64,000 nt of DNA from Chthoniobacteraceae bacterium (GTDB lineage Bacteria; Verrucomicrobiota; Verrucomicrobiia; Chthoniobacterales; Chthoniobacteraceae): assembly GCA_037190965.1 (NCBI GenBank), contig JBBCKI010000029.1:131784-195783 (forward strand), read 5' to 3'. The notes under the pieces are model-generated. The model was given only the letters and a program-made list of their open reading frames with translations. It was not told where the DNA came from and made no database searches. Below, piece after piece: positions 55,258 through 64,000 of the stretch (the stretch's first letter is position 1; each line of letters begins with the position of its first letter). Made by a program: the position numbers and the translations under genes.

Positions 55258-56304
55258 CTAGCGTTTTGGGCAGGTCCCGCGGTCGACCAGAGTCGCCGGA
55301 ATCAAGACTTGGCGGGGCACTGCGGGCCGTCCGTGCTCACCATGGTAGAGCTGGGTCGTCACGAGATCCACGGCTGCCGCGGCCACATCCTGGCGATTGT
55401 GATTGATTCCGGACCAGGCGGCGTCCCGCTCGGTCCAGTCGTGGATCAGGAACCCGATGTCGCCAGGAAGCTCGAGCTTCCCTTCCTCCCTAATCCAATC
55501 GGGAACCAATCCATTGAAGCTAACGATGGCGTCGGGACGGTGCGCTTTCATCCATTTGGAGAACCCCCGCCGGTTTTCCGCCAATCTATTCTCCGGAAAG
55601 AATAGGGGAGGGACCCTCCTGCTGCGCGGGAGCCCCGCCTGATAGTGCCGGATGGCCCCTGAATAGGTATGGTTTGATCGGTGGTCGACCCAGGGTGTCA
55701 CCGCCAGTCCAATTCGCCGGTAGCCCCTTTCTTCGAGCCAGCCGAACGCGGAAAGGAGGCCTTGCATCATGTTGGTGCTGGCTCGGTGCAACGAAGGCTC
55801 CAGCAAGCCGTAGCCGAAAGACGCGCATGCCAAGGAAGAGAAATCGAAATCGGTCACCTGCTTTTCCGGCACCTCGGAAGAAAACAGAACGCCCTCGATT
55901 CCCCGCGCCTTGAGAATCGAACGCAGGCGCTGAGGAGTCAGGCCATTTTCCCCGAGGAACATTTCGTCCACGCCATAACCCAGTTTTTCCGCGCGGCTTT
56001 TCACTTCGTCCAATTTCACGTACCGATGAAAGTCTTCAGTACCGCCTGCTTGCGCTTTGGTGTGGCGGACGAGTGCGAGGGTGGCCTTTGTTCCAGTTCG
56101 TTTTCCTCTTCTGACGGCCGCCATGAGCCGCGCCGCGAGAGGATCGGGTTGATAGTTGATCCTTTCGGCGGCCAGCAGGACCCGCTTCGAAGTTTCCGGT
56201 CGTACCAGGGCTGAGTTCCGCATCACCCGCGAAACGGTCATGGCCGAAACTCCCGCCGCCTCGGCCACCTGCTTTAATGCTGACGTATTCAAGCATGTTA
56301 TCAT
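55258..56304 (-). CDS. LacI-family transcriptional regulator
   Basis: LKQVAEAAGVSAMTVSRVMR HTH; ILKARGIEG, GYRRIGL, RPDAIV. Confidence 0.92.
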   Translation of the reverse strand: MITCLNTSALKQVAEAAGVSAMTVSRVMRNSALVRPETSKRVLLAAERINYQPDPLAARLMAAVRRGKRTGTKATLALVRHTKAQAGGTEDFHRYVKLDEVKSRAEKLGYGVDEMFLGENGLTPQRLRSILKARGIEGVLFSSEVPEKQVTDFDFSSLACASFGYGLLEPSLHRASTNMMQGLLSAFGWLEERGYRRIGLAVTPWVDHRSNHTYSGAIRHYQAGLPRSRRVPPLFFPENRLAENRRGFSKWMKAHRPDAIVSFNGLVPDWIREEGKLELPGDIGFLIHDWTERDAAWSGINHNRQDVAAAAVDLVTTQLYHGEHGRPAVPRQVLIPATLVDRGTCPKR

Positions 56305-56309
56305 AACAT
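56295..56309. promoter_or_regulatory. Candidate LacI operator ATGTTATCATAACAT
   Basis: 7-1-7 perfect inverted repeat between the divergent lacI and dgoK genes, overlapping the lacI start. Confidence 0.55.
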
Positions 56310-56345
56310 CATTCGAGGACTGCGGGCAATGTCCTTTCAGGAATA

Positions 56346-57287
56346 ATGGCTGCTGCGCCTATGTCCCGAGATTTTCTTAGTTGTGATTGGGGAACGAGTC
56401 ATTTTCGGTTGAGGCTGGTGGATGCCCGGAGTTTGGAGATTCGAGCCGAAATCAAAACGGAAGAAGGTGCGACCATCCTTGCCCGCCAGTTCACCGAGCA
56501 GGTTCGACCTCAGAAATATGCCGAAGTATTGACCAGGCACAGCGAGGCGATTCTTCGGCAAACCGGCAGTGATGCGACATGCTGTGTTGTCTCGGGGATG
56601 CCCTCCTCCACTATAGGGTGGATCGAGTTGCCCTATGCGCTGGCACCCCTGCCGCTGACCGCAGGCCACTTGGAGAAGGAAGTCTTTGAGATGCCTGTCT
56701 TTGGGCGTTCGATGGCTGTCACCCTCATTTCAGGCATTCGGACCGACCGCGACATGATGAGGGGTGAGGAATGCGAGTTGCTTGGCCTCCTCGAAAATGA
56801 CCGGGAACTCTCTGAAGCCGACGCGTACATGATATTGCCCGGGACGCATAGCAAACATGCCCATCTAAAAAACGGTACCTTGGTCGCGTTTGTCACCTTC
56901 ATGACTGGCGAGCTTTTTGACCACTTGCATGGTCTTCCGACCTTGCTGGCCGCGTTGGTGGCGGATGAGGAATGGTCCGACGAGGCATTTCATGAAGGTG
57001 TGCGAGTGGCCAAAACACAGGGTCTGTCCGCCGGTCTTTTTAGAATTCGGGCCAAATCGGTATTAGCGCGATTGACCTCTGGAAATTCATCCTTCCTCAG
57101 TGGCCTGCTCATCGGCAGTGAGCTTCTTTGTGTGCCTGGTGATCGTCCGAGTTATCTTGCGGCTTCGCCGGATCTTCAAGCTCTCTACCTTAGAGCGAAC
57201 GAACAGATAGGGTTGCCCATCCATCCTGTTTCACCAGAAGCCTTCCGGAGTTCGACCATCCGTGCACATCGGATGTTCCTGCCCTGA
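56346..57287 (+). CDS. dgoK: 2-dehydro-3-deoxygalactonokinase
   Basis: DWGTSHFR, GWIELPY, DMMRGEE, PGTHSKH, TFMTGELF, FLSGLLIGSE. Confidence 0.92.
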   Translation: MAAAPMSRDFLSCDWGTSHFRLRLVDARSLEIRAEIKTEEGATILARQFTEQVRPQKYAEVLTRHSEAILRQTGSDATCCVVSGMPSSTIGWIELPYALAPLPLTAGHLEKEVFEMPVFGRSMAVTLISGIRTDRDMMRGEECELLGLLENDRELSEADAYMILPGTHSKHAHLKNGTLVAFVTFMTGELFDHLHGLPTLLAALVADEEWSDEAFHEGVRVAKTQGLSAGLFRIRAKSVLARLTSGNSSFLSGLLIGSELLCVPGDRPSYLAASPDLQALYLRANEQIGLPIHPVSPEAFRSSTIRAHRMFLP

Positions 57288-57312
57288 TGAATGAGAAATT
57301 TACTTGAAATCC

Positions 57313-57987
57313 ATGAAGTCATCCTTCGACCCTGTTTTATCCCGAAAAATTGAGAAGGCCGGAATTATCGCGGTTGTCACCATTGAATCTGTGCGGGATG
57401 CCGTTCCTCTCGCGAAGGCTTTATTGGCTGGGGGCATCGAAGTAATAGAACTTACTTTGCGAACTTCTGCTGCGCTGGATGCCCTTCGGGCGATCCGGGC
57501 CGAGGTGCCTGAGATGATGGTGGGCGCTGGCACTATTCTTACTTCCGCGCAGTTAAGGGCGGTGATTGACGCGGGCGCAGCCTTCGGGGTGGCGCCTGGG
57601 CTGAATCGGCGAATTGTCGAAATGGCCAGAGAGGAAAGCTTTTCTTTTTCTCCTGGTGTGCTGACTCCGACGGAGATTGAACTTGCCGTGGAAGCCGGTT
57701 GCCGGTTGCTCAAGTTTTTTCCTGCGGAACCCGTCGGTGGGCTGGCCTATCTAGGAACGGTGCTTGTGCCCTTTGCCCATCTCGGAGTGAAGTTTATTCC
57801 TTTGGGCGGCTTGAATCTGGCCAGTACGGCTGCATATATTTCCAATCCAAACGTTGCGGCCATCGGCGGGTCCTGGCTGGCTCCGAAAGCCTATATCAAA
57901 GCAGGTCGATGGCAGGATATCTCAATACTAGCTTCCGAGGCAACCAGCCTGATAGAAATGACCCGCCTCCAAAGGAATGGAGTATAA
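57313..57987 (+). CDS. eda: KDPG/KDPGal/KHG aldolase (Eda/DgoA family)
   Basis: IELTLRT, GAGT, LKFFPAE, FIPLGG, GGSW. Confidence 0.88.
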   Translation: MKSSFDPVLSRKIEKAGIIAVVTIESVRDAVPLAKALLAGGIEVIELTLRTSAALDALRAIRAEVPEMMVGAGTILTSAQLRAVIDAGAAFGVAPGLNRRIVEMAREESFSFSPGVLTPTEIELAVEAGCRLLKFFPAEPVGGLAYLGTVLVPFAHLGVKFIPLGGLNLASTAAYISNPNVAAIGGSWLAPKAYIKAGRWQDISILASEATSLIEMTRLQRNGV

Positions 57988-57988
57988 G

Positions 57989-59233
57989 CTAGGCAACCGG
58001 TTCCCCGGGAATCCAGAACGTGGTTTGAGGATTCGAGGCTTCCGGCTTCCCCTCCACCTCGAGCACGATGGTCGTGGCAATGGGATTCGGCAGCACCCTG
58101 GGCAGGTTTCGGAGAACCACGCGCTCGTCTTTCTGCTCGAAGGAGATGGGTGACCCGCTGTCCAGAAAGCGAGCCGACAAAACACGATTTCTGACTTCCG
58201 CAAAGCAAAGTTCTTCGCCCGTGCCATTCCAGATATGCAGATAAATGTGGTTCTCGCGAGTGGTCACCCGGCCCCAATTGCTCCAGGTGAAGGGTGAACG
58301 GCTGGAACCATAGATGCTCTGGCCATGGTGGCTGAGCCACGCTCCGACTTCGCGGAGAATTTGTGAGGATTCGGCGGGAATCGTTCCGTCGGCTTTGGGA
58401 CCGACGTTGAGCAGCAAATTGCCGGCTTTGGATGCTGTTTCGGTCAACATTTGAACGACTTGGCGCGGGGATTTCCAATTGTGGTCACCGGCGTGGTAGC
58501 CCCAATTGTCGTTAAGCGTCATGCATGCCTCCCAGAGTTCCCCGGGTCGACCGGGACGTATCGCTTGTTCGCTGATGTGAACGTGCGAGGGTTGGCCATT
58601 GCGTTCGTTGATGAGCAAATGAGGCTGCAACCGAAGCATTTCTTCGTTGATCGCCCGGCTTTGCAGATCTTCGGGAATGCATCCGTCGTACCACAGGTAG
58701 TCGATGTGCCCGTAGTCGGTCATCAGTTCCCGAAGTTGAGCCGCATAGAAGGCCTTCATGCGTTCCCGGGCTTCCGGGCTTTCCCAATCGCCGGGGCTCG
58801 GCCAATCCCGGAAATATGCGCCCGGATAATCGGGATGAAACCAGTGGGCTGGAGAATAGTAGAGGCCCACGCGGAGCCCTGCCCGGCGAAAAGCGTTTAG
58901 AAACTCGCCCACCAAATCGCGCTTCGGTCCAATATGCCCGGCGTGGAAATCGCTCGTTTTGGTGGGCCAAAGAGAAAATCCGTCGTGATGCCGGGCGGTT
59001 AGCACCGCGTAGCGCATGCCCGCTTCGCTAGCCATGGTGGCCCATGCTTCGGGATCGTAATTCTCCGCACGGAAAGTTTCAACGTAGCGGCGGCGATATT
59101 CGGCGAAGGAAATTCGCTCGCGATTAACCACCCACTCCCCTCGCGCGGCGGATGCATATGCGCCCCAATGGATGAACATCCCGAAGCGGGATTGATCAAA
59201 CCAACGGTGATCCGTAACATGGTCTTCGCTCAT
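57989..59233 (-). CDS. Alpha-L-fucosidase (GH29)
   Basis: WFDQSRFGMFIHWG, LTARHHDGFSLW, GLYYS, LWYDG, WEACMT, GNLLLNVGP. Confidence 0.95.
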   Translation of the reverse strand: MSEDHVTDHRWFDQSRFGMFIHWGAYASAARGEWVVNRERISFAEYRRRYVETFRAENYDPEAWATMASEAGMRYAVLTARHHDGFSLWPTKTSDFHAGHIGPKRDLVGEFLNAFRRAGLRVGLYYSPAHWFHPDYPGAYFRDWPSPGDWESPEARERMKAFYAAQLRELMTDYGHIDYLWYDGCIPEDLQSRAINEEMLRLQPHLLINERNGQPSHVHISEQAIRPGRPGELWEACMTLNDNWGYHAGDHNWKSPRQVVQMLTETASKAGNLLLNVGPKADGTIPAESSQILREVGAWLSHHGQSIYGSSRSPFTWSNWGRVTTRENHIYLHIWNGTGEELCFAEVRNRVLSARFLDSGSPISFEQKDERVVLRNLPRVLPNPIATTIVLEVEGKPEASNPQTTFWIPGEPVA

Positions 59234-59286
59234 GGGTGCCGCAATCGTATGCCAGTGATGCTTCTTCTATTCGTGGATAGGTTGGC

Positions 59287-61965
59287 TTAGGCTAAGCGGT
59301 AACCTTGGGTGGAAAATGGTGGGAAGCTGATATTGAGCTTTCCTCCCGCGAAGGGAATGGGGTGTTGTTTTTCTTCGAGTCCGTCACACGCCCAGGCTTC
59401 CTTGAAATTTCCCTCCGGAAAATACAAGGTTGCGTTCAGGGAATTCGCGGAGGTATTGCGCAGCCGCACGAATAGGCCGTCGCCGTTGTCGGCAGGCTTG
59501 CATGCCGTGACGTCCACGGAAGGAGGGTCCACTTCGAATAGACTGGAGGTCGTGGACCTTGGTCCATTGGGATCTTTGACGGGATGGCTCCACAGCGGAC
59601 AGGCCGCCTCCCGTGCCTGTCGGCTCGACCATGCAGAGTCGAAGGCTCCATGCGGGCAGAGCCGATAGGAGAAAGTCACGAGCCCGTGTTGCGCCGGAGC
59701 ATAATTCACGTGCCATAAGTTACTCATGATCAAGCTCGATAGAATGGACGGCGTGACAGGACGCTCTCCATCGTGCATGCGGCCAAAGTGGAATCCGCCA
59801 AAGAGCATGATGGGGGCGTCCGGCGTGCAAAGCGTCATACCCTCCCGGTCTGTGGACCAGTCGGCCCAGCCTTGGATTGTAGGGAAATCCTGATTGCTTC
59901 CAGGTAGCTGATTTTCGGACGGCGTGACCACTCCGCCCACCGCTTCGTAGCGCGGAACGGCTCCGGGCAAATCAAAGGGAAAGATGAGATAGCAGTTTTC
60001 GGGCGCGAGGCTCCAGGTCTTGTCGAGGGTGATGCGCAAATCGACGCTGGGCCGGTCGTCATGAAGAGTCAATTCGTAGACCAGTTGATTGAGCCCTGGC
60101 GCGTTGCAGATCTGGCGCAGCCGGGTGGCACCGGGCAGCCTCTGGCAAGTCTGACTGATGACCCTGCTGGCTCCCCGGCGTCTAGCAGGCCAATTGACAT
60201 TCCATCCGCGGTAGCCCATGAAGCGGCTCCAGTCGGACTCCTGAAAGATTTCCATTCTACCACCGTAAGGCTGATCTGGCTTGGCCGTGGTGACCTCCTC
60301 GTACACGTAGCCTCCCAGCGGCCAGGCGCTGTCGCGGTCGATCCATTCTCGCGCCCGAGTCTTCTCAAACAGCGATGCGACACCTCCCCGTCGTGCATCC
60401 AGGGCGACGATAAGGTAGTCATTTTCCGCCCGGGCTTCATCGACCTGATGCGGTCGTTCGGGAATTCGGGCTTGCAGATCGGCTGCACTGCAAAGCCGAT
60501 AGCCCATGGCGGGAACTTCAACCGGAATGCTTAGCAAAGATCCCGCGTCGGCGAGGCTTTGTTGTTCACCAAGGTCGTCGCGATCCAGATACTGGACGCG
60601 GCTGACAGTGTCGTGCACTTCATGCGTGATTGTTGTACGCGGCGCGTTTTCATCCTCGACCAGTTGAGGGGGGAGACTGGAATAGCCCTCCAGCCAGGCG
60701 GCAGGGAGCTCCAGCGGCTCCCTGCGCGGCCATCGCAGCGAGTTGATTGCCAACACATAGCGTCCCGCAGGAGCGGATATCGACCTGGCGAGGCGGTCGA
60801 CCGCCTCCAGACGTACCAGTTGAGCTCGGGAACGGGCGCGATAGGCATAATTCAACTTCTGGTTGAGCTGGCTGCGAGTCGCGTTGGACCAGGGCTTCGC
60901 TACGCTCACATTGGCGCACCAAGTGTGCTCGTCGTAAAGCAGCGCCAGCTCCCAGCCCCGGACCAAGTCCGGCTTTCGGGAGAATTCTTCATCGGGTGGG
61001 GCAAAAGCGGAGAGCCACTCCGCTTCGACGAGGCGGCGCTCCGTCCCTCGATTGAGTGCTGTTTCATAGGCGCTGGAGGTTGCGCCGAAGTTCCAGTAGT
61101 CAGACCAGTCGCCTTGATGCGGCGGCAGCAGCTCAGCGGGTTCGCAGCGCAGGCGGTCAAAAAAGGCGCTCAGCGTGACGATCTCCATGCGCGGAGTCCT
61201 GCCTTCCCGGTTCCAGCGTCGAACGAAATCGGCCAGTCGCGCATCGGGCGGACCGTTGTCGTTGAAGGTATTGTGGGTGGCCTGAAAGAGGCAGAAAGGA
61301 TATGGATAATGACGCTGTTCCAGCCAATCGAGAAAACGAGGCAGTTCGCGCACGGCGCGGTCGAAATCGTCGGGAATCCCGAAATACTGGTTGTTGTTGT
61401 AGTGCAGCCCATTCCAGACGAGCACTTGACGACCGGCCGCACTTTTCCAATGGAATCCGTTGGGACGGGCGGTGCCAAAGGCGGCCCTCCCGACGTTCTC
61501 GTTGATGGCCATCGCGAAGTTTGCCAATCCGGCGTCCGCCAAGGCGTCCACCAACCCCCAATGCACGCCATTGATATCGCAGGCCATCGCAGAACGAATT
61601 GTCATTCCGTAGTCGGACCGGAGCTTGCTCACGGGATAGAGCTGTCGCCATGTTGCCTCATGCGAGAGGCATTGGCTGAGGGTGGCAAACATCCCTGTGA
61701 CTTCGATGCGCCCGGCGGCCTCCAGTTTCAACAAACGCTCGATCCGGGAGTCCGTTCGCTTCTTCAGCCAGTTCAGAAGAGGCAGAGTGCATTCGCAGGT
61801 CCAGCGCAGTGCGCTTCCTTCGGGATAGTCGGCGGTCTGTTCGCAAAGCTCGATGGCTCGGTCAATAAACTGATAATGCAGGTCGAGCACAACATCCTGA
61901 TCATGTGTGAAACCAACGTCCGTATGCGTATGGTGAATCAAGTAAAGGGTTTCAATTGATTTCAT
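59287..61965 (-). CDS. Glycoside hydrolase family 38-like (alpha-mannosidase-type) protein
   Basis: HHTHTDVGFT, DNGPP, LYDEHTW, C-terminal KPADNGDGLFVRLRN. Confidence 0.85.
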   Translation of the reverse strand: MKSIETLYLIHHTHTDVGFTHDQDVVLDLHYQFIDRAIELCEQTADYPEGSALRWTCECTLPLLNWLKKRTDSRIERLLKLEAAGRIEVTGMFATLSQCLSHEATWRQLYPVSKLRSDYGMTIRSAMACDINGVHWGLVDALADAGLANFAMAINENVGRAAFGTARPNGFHWKSAAGRQVLVWNGLHYNNNQYFGIPDDFDRAVRELPRFLDWLEQRHYPYPFCLFQATHNTFNDNGPPDARLADFVRRWNREGRTPRMEIVTLSAFFDRLRCEPAELLPPHQGDWSDYWNFGATSSAYETALNRGTERRLVEAEWLSAFAPPDEEFSRKPDLVRGWELALLYDEHTWCANVSVAKPWSNATRSQLNQKLNYAYRARSRAQLVRLEAVDRLARSISAPAGRYVLAINSLRWPRREPLELPAAWLEGYSSLPPQLVEDENAPRTTITHEVHDTVSRVQYLDRDDLGEQQSLADAGSLLSIPVEVPAMGYRLCSAADLQARIPERPHQVDEARAENDYLIVALDARRGGVASLFEKTRAREWIDRDSAWPLGGYVYEEVTTAKPDQPYGGRMEIFQESDWSRFMGYRGWNVNWPARRRGASRVISQTCQRLPGATRLRQICNAPGLNQLVYELTLHDDRPSVDLRITLDKTWSLAPENCYLIFPFDLPGAVPRYEAVGGVVTPSENQLPGSNQDFPTIQGWADWSTDREGMTLCTPDAPIMLFGGFHFGRMHDGERPVTPSILSSLIMSNLWHVNYAPAQHGLVTFSYRLCPHGAFDSAWSSRQAREAACPLWSHPVKDPNGPRSTTSSLFEVDPPSVDVTACKPADNGDGLFVRLRNTSANSLNATLYFPEGNFKEAWACDGLEEKQHPIPFAGGKLNISFPPFSTQGYRLA

Positions 61966-62074
61966 ATCGATGGTTTGAGTGGTGATCACCTCCGGGAATT
62001 CGGGGAGGTTCTAAAATCCCGGACTCCGCGCGGAGGTCTGCGAATGACGCTTTGGGTATGGGCAGGGAAAGCGG

Positions 62075-63178
62075 TCAGCCTTCGGGAGTCAGGGAAAATG
62101 GATCCATTCCCTCCCGGACTACCGAAATGGGAATCTGCACCGGCCGTACCTTGCCGCCTTCCAACTGAGTACGTATCATCCGGACGAGGGCATCGGCAAA
62201 GCTGCCGACTTTCGTGAGAAGAAAAGTGGCCGGGAAGGGGCAGACATAGGGCAGCAGGTCGTTTGCGTGAAAGGCCACCTTCAACTCCTGCGGCACATTC
62301 AAACGCCGCTCCAGGATGGCGGTAATCACGCCGGTGGCCACTCCGTCAGGGTAGACCAGAAGACCCTCCGGACGCTCCGGCAGATCCCAGAGCGCGTGAA
62401 ATTGCTCATATCCGAAATGCGCTAAATGAGGGGTGTATTCCTGGGGAAAACGAATCCAGGGGTTGCGGATTTGCATGCCCAACTCGTTCGCGAGATCCAC
62501 TATTGATCGATAAAAATCCAATGCTACCGAGTGTGTAAGATCTGCCTGCATCAGCATGTTGCTGATCACCCCCACGGTTCGGCATCCCTGCTTTTTCAGT
62601 TCCATCAAACTCAGGCGCAAGATCTTTCGCGGGTTTCCAGAGACGCGGTTTTGTACCGACAGGTCCGTGGTCAGAAGCGCGGTCGGCACCGGAGCCTCTT
62701 GCAGCCACTTCAGGTCGTTCCCGCAAATCAGCGGAGCAATCAGCGCCTGGACCTCCCGCTTTTCCATCGCCCGCTTGAGGCTTGTGACCGGCTCGCTCTG
62801 CTCGGCCTCTTCACGCTCATCGATCCAGGCGCGGACTTTGACGCCCTCCTTGTTCAGCCTCTGGCGCAGTTCCTGGCCGAGCACTTGATAAAAGGCCGAA
62901 TCCGCGCGGGCGAAGGGTCGGTTGAAATAAACGCCAGCGCATGTCAGCGCGGGTTTCTCCCCTTTCACGTAGGTGGCTCGATTGGCTTGCCGATCCAGCA
63001 GCCCTTCCCGGTAGAGGCGAACGAGCGCGGTCTGCACAGTGAAAACGCTCGCTCCGGTCATTTTGGCCAGCGCGCTGGTGGAAGGCAGCCTTGATCCCGG
63101 AACGAATTCGCCGGAAGCGATCTGGCCACGGACAAATTCTTCAACCTGCTGGTGGAGGGGCTTCGATCGAGTCAGCAT
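62075..63178 (-). CDS. GntR-HTH / LacI-type sensor hybrid regulator
   Basis: PLHQQV...PGSRLPSTSALA...TVQTAL HTH; RPEGLLVYPD; clear paralogue of 33802-34941. Confidence 0.92.
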   Translation of the reverse strand: MLTRSKPLHQQVEEFVRGQIASGEFVPGSRLPSTSALAKMTGASVFTVQTALVRLYREGLLDRQANRATYVKGEKPALTCAGVYFNRPFARADSAFYQVLGQELRQRLNKEGVKVRAWIDEREEAEQSEPVTSLKRAMEKREVQALIAPLICGNDLKWLQEAPVPTALLTTDLSVQNRVSGNPRKILRLSLMELKKQGCRTVGVISNMLMQADLTHSVALDFYRSIVDLANELGMQIRNPWIRFPQEYTPHLAHFGYEQFHALWDLPERPEGLLVYPDGVATGVITAILERRLNVPQELKVAFHANDLLPYVCPFPATFLLTKVGSFADALVRMIRTQLEGGKVRPVQIPISVVREGMDPFSLTPEG

Positions 63179-63190
63179 GGGGAATTAATA

Positions 63191-63240
63191 TGTAACATAA
63201 TGGATGTTACAAAATGGATTGCAAGCGGTAATTGCAATCC
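63191..63240. promoter_or_regulatory. Two perfect inverted repeats upstream of the GntR gene
   Basis: TGTAACAT-N5-ATGTTACA (63191-63211) and GGATTGCAA-N7-TTGCAATCC (63216-63240). Confidence 0.55.
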
Positions 63241-63511
63241 ACCGAAGCCTTTCTCCCGCACCCCGTTCATCACACCGCTGCCCCGGGCAAGCGCCGCAGC
63301 TGCGGACAAAGGAAAGTTGGCCAAGGAGAATGCTACCTAAGAGGCATCGCTCAAGGACCGCCGGATTTGCGCGGCAAGATCCAAGCTGACGCCTAGTTGG
63401 TTACCAACGCCAACCACGTCCTCTCAGTTGTCTCGTGCCTGGCCCGTCATGGCCAGGTGCTCGGCCACGGTTATTGACAATGTCCTCGAAACTCCCTGCT
63501 TGATAAAGGCA

Positions 63512-63639
63512 GGCTTCAAGAATTACGCCAACTACCGCCTGCGAGTCATCGCTCATTGCGGTTAAACAAAATTTCAGACGTCACTAACCCAAAACCTAAA
63601 CGTAGGTCCGTTTCAGACCTCAATCTTTGGTGCAGACCC
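63512..63639 (+). mobile_element. ISL3-family relic (transposase C-terminus and right end)
   Basis: GFKNYANYRLRVIAHCG* (63512-63565) matches the ISL3 C-terminus GFRNFxNYRLR; terminus ...TTTGGTGCAGACCC. Confidence 0.75.
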
Positions 63640-63696
63640 CCAAGCACGAAATCCCCCAGCTTTGGGAATCCGTGGTAAGTGCCTGATTCTAAGAGA

Positions 63697-63742
63697 GAGT
63701 CAATGACGGGACTCGAACCCGTGACTTGTTGATTACGAATCA
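63697..63742 (-). pseudogene. tRNA-Thr(CGT) 3' half, degenerate (att-site-like fragment)
   Basis: Minus strand TGA-TTCGTAA-TCA anticodon arm, AAGTC variable loop, ACGGG-TTCGAGT-CCCGT T-arm, acceptor 3' strand; no D-arm or 5' half. Confidence 0.75.
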
Positions 63743-63744
63743 CC

Positions 63745-63948
63745 GTCTTCATCGAGCGCCTCTGGCGAGCGGTGAAGCACGAAGGAGTGTGCCTGCGGGC
63801 GTGCGAAAATATGCACGAACTGGAGAAAGCGCTCGGAAGATGGTTTTAAGATTATAACCAATGGAAGCCGCACGAAGCGCTGGCCTACAAAATGCCCTGG
63901 GAATGCTATCGACCCGAAGAGCTTCCGGGATGGAGAAGAGCAGCATGA
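63745..63948 (+). mobile_element. IS3-family transposase relic (integrase-core C-terminus, internal stop)
   Basis: VFIERLWRAVKHEGV...WF*DYNQWKPHEALAYKMP with TAA at 63847-63849. Confidence 0.82.
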
Positions 63949-64000
63949 AGCCCCCCCGGGTCGGCGCACCCGTATTGGGGCCGTCTTGCGCCCCCTCGCT

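Noticed and set aside
60559..61959. 466-aa plus-strand ORF
   Set aside because: Shadow of the GH38-like gene
63697..63770. Functional tRNA-Thr
   Set aside because: D-arm and 5' acceptor strand are absent, replaced by IS3-like sequence

Overview
This 64-kb window looks like Verrucomicrobiota DNA (probably Chthoniobacterales/Spartobacteria; inferred from a Verru_Chthon four-gene cassette, two PEP-CTERM proteins and an H-X9-DG prepilin). It is an almost continuous array of carbohydrate-catabolism modules, most with their own LacI or GntR/LacI-hybrid regulator. Module 1 (2.0-21.5 kb): LacI, PEP-CTERM protein, two DUF4838-like proteins, Gfo/Idh/MocA oxidoreductase, Verru_Chthon C-B-D-A cassette and a beta-propeller glycosidase-like gene, linked by a shared TAGANNCGNNTCTA palindrome. 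Module 2 (23.0-35.9 kb): GntR, PEP-CTERM protein, GH42-like protein, sialate O-acetylesterase, hypothetical protein and H-X9-DG prepilin. Module 3 (36.1-52.6 kb): GHL10-like, GntR, esterases, a fused SBP-permease ABC pair, CE7 and GH88/105. After these come AraC/amidohydrolase/Rieske, LacI/dgoK/aldolase and GntR/GH38/GH29. No TonB-dependent receptor or SusC/D pair is visible. Four ~165-170 bp long-hairpin palindromic elements of two families, with compensatory base changes, cluster at 44.3-52.8 kb. One is inserted in frame (55 codons) in an ABC permease and the other three supply stop codons. There are IS630, ISL3 and IS3 relics and a tRNA-Thr 3' half (att-like). All family calls come from motif recognition by eye; no database searches were run.
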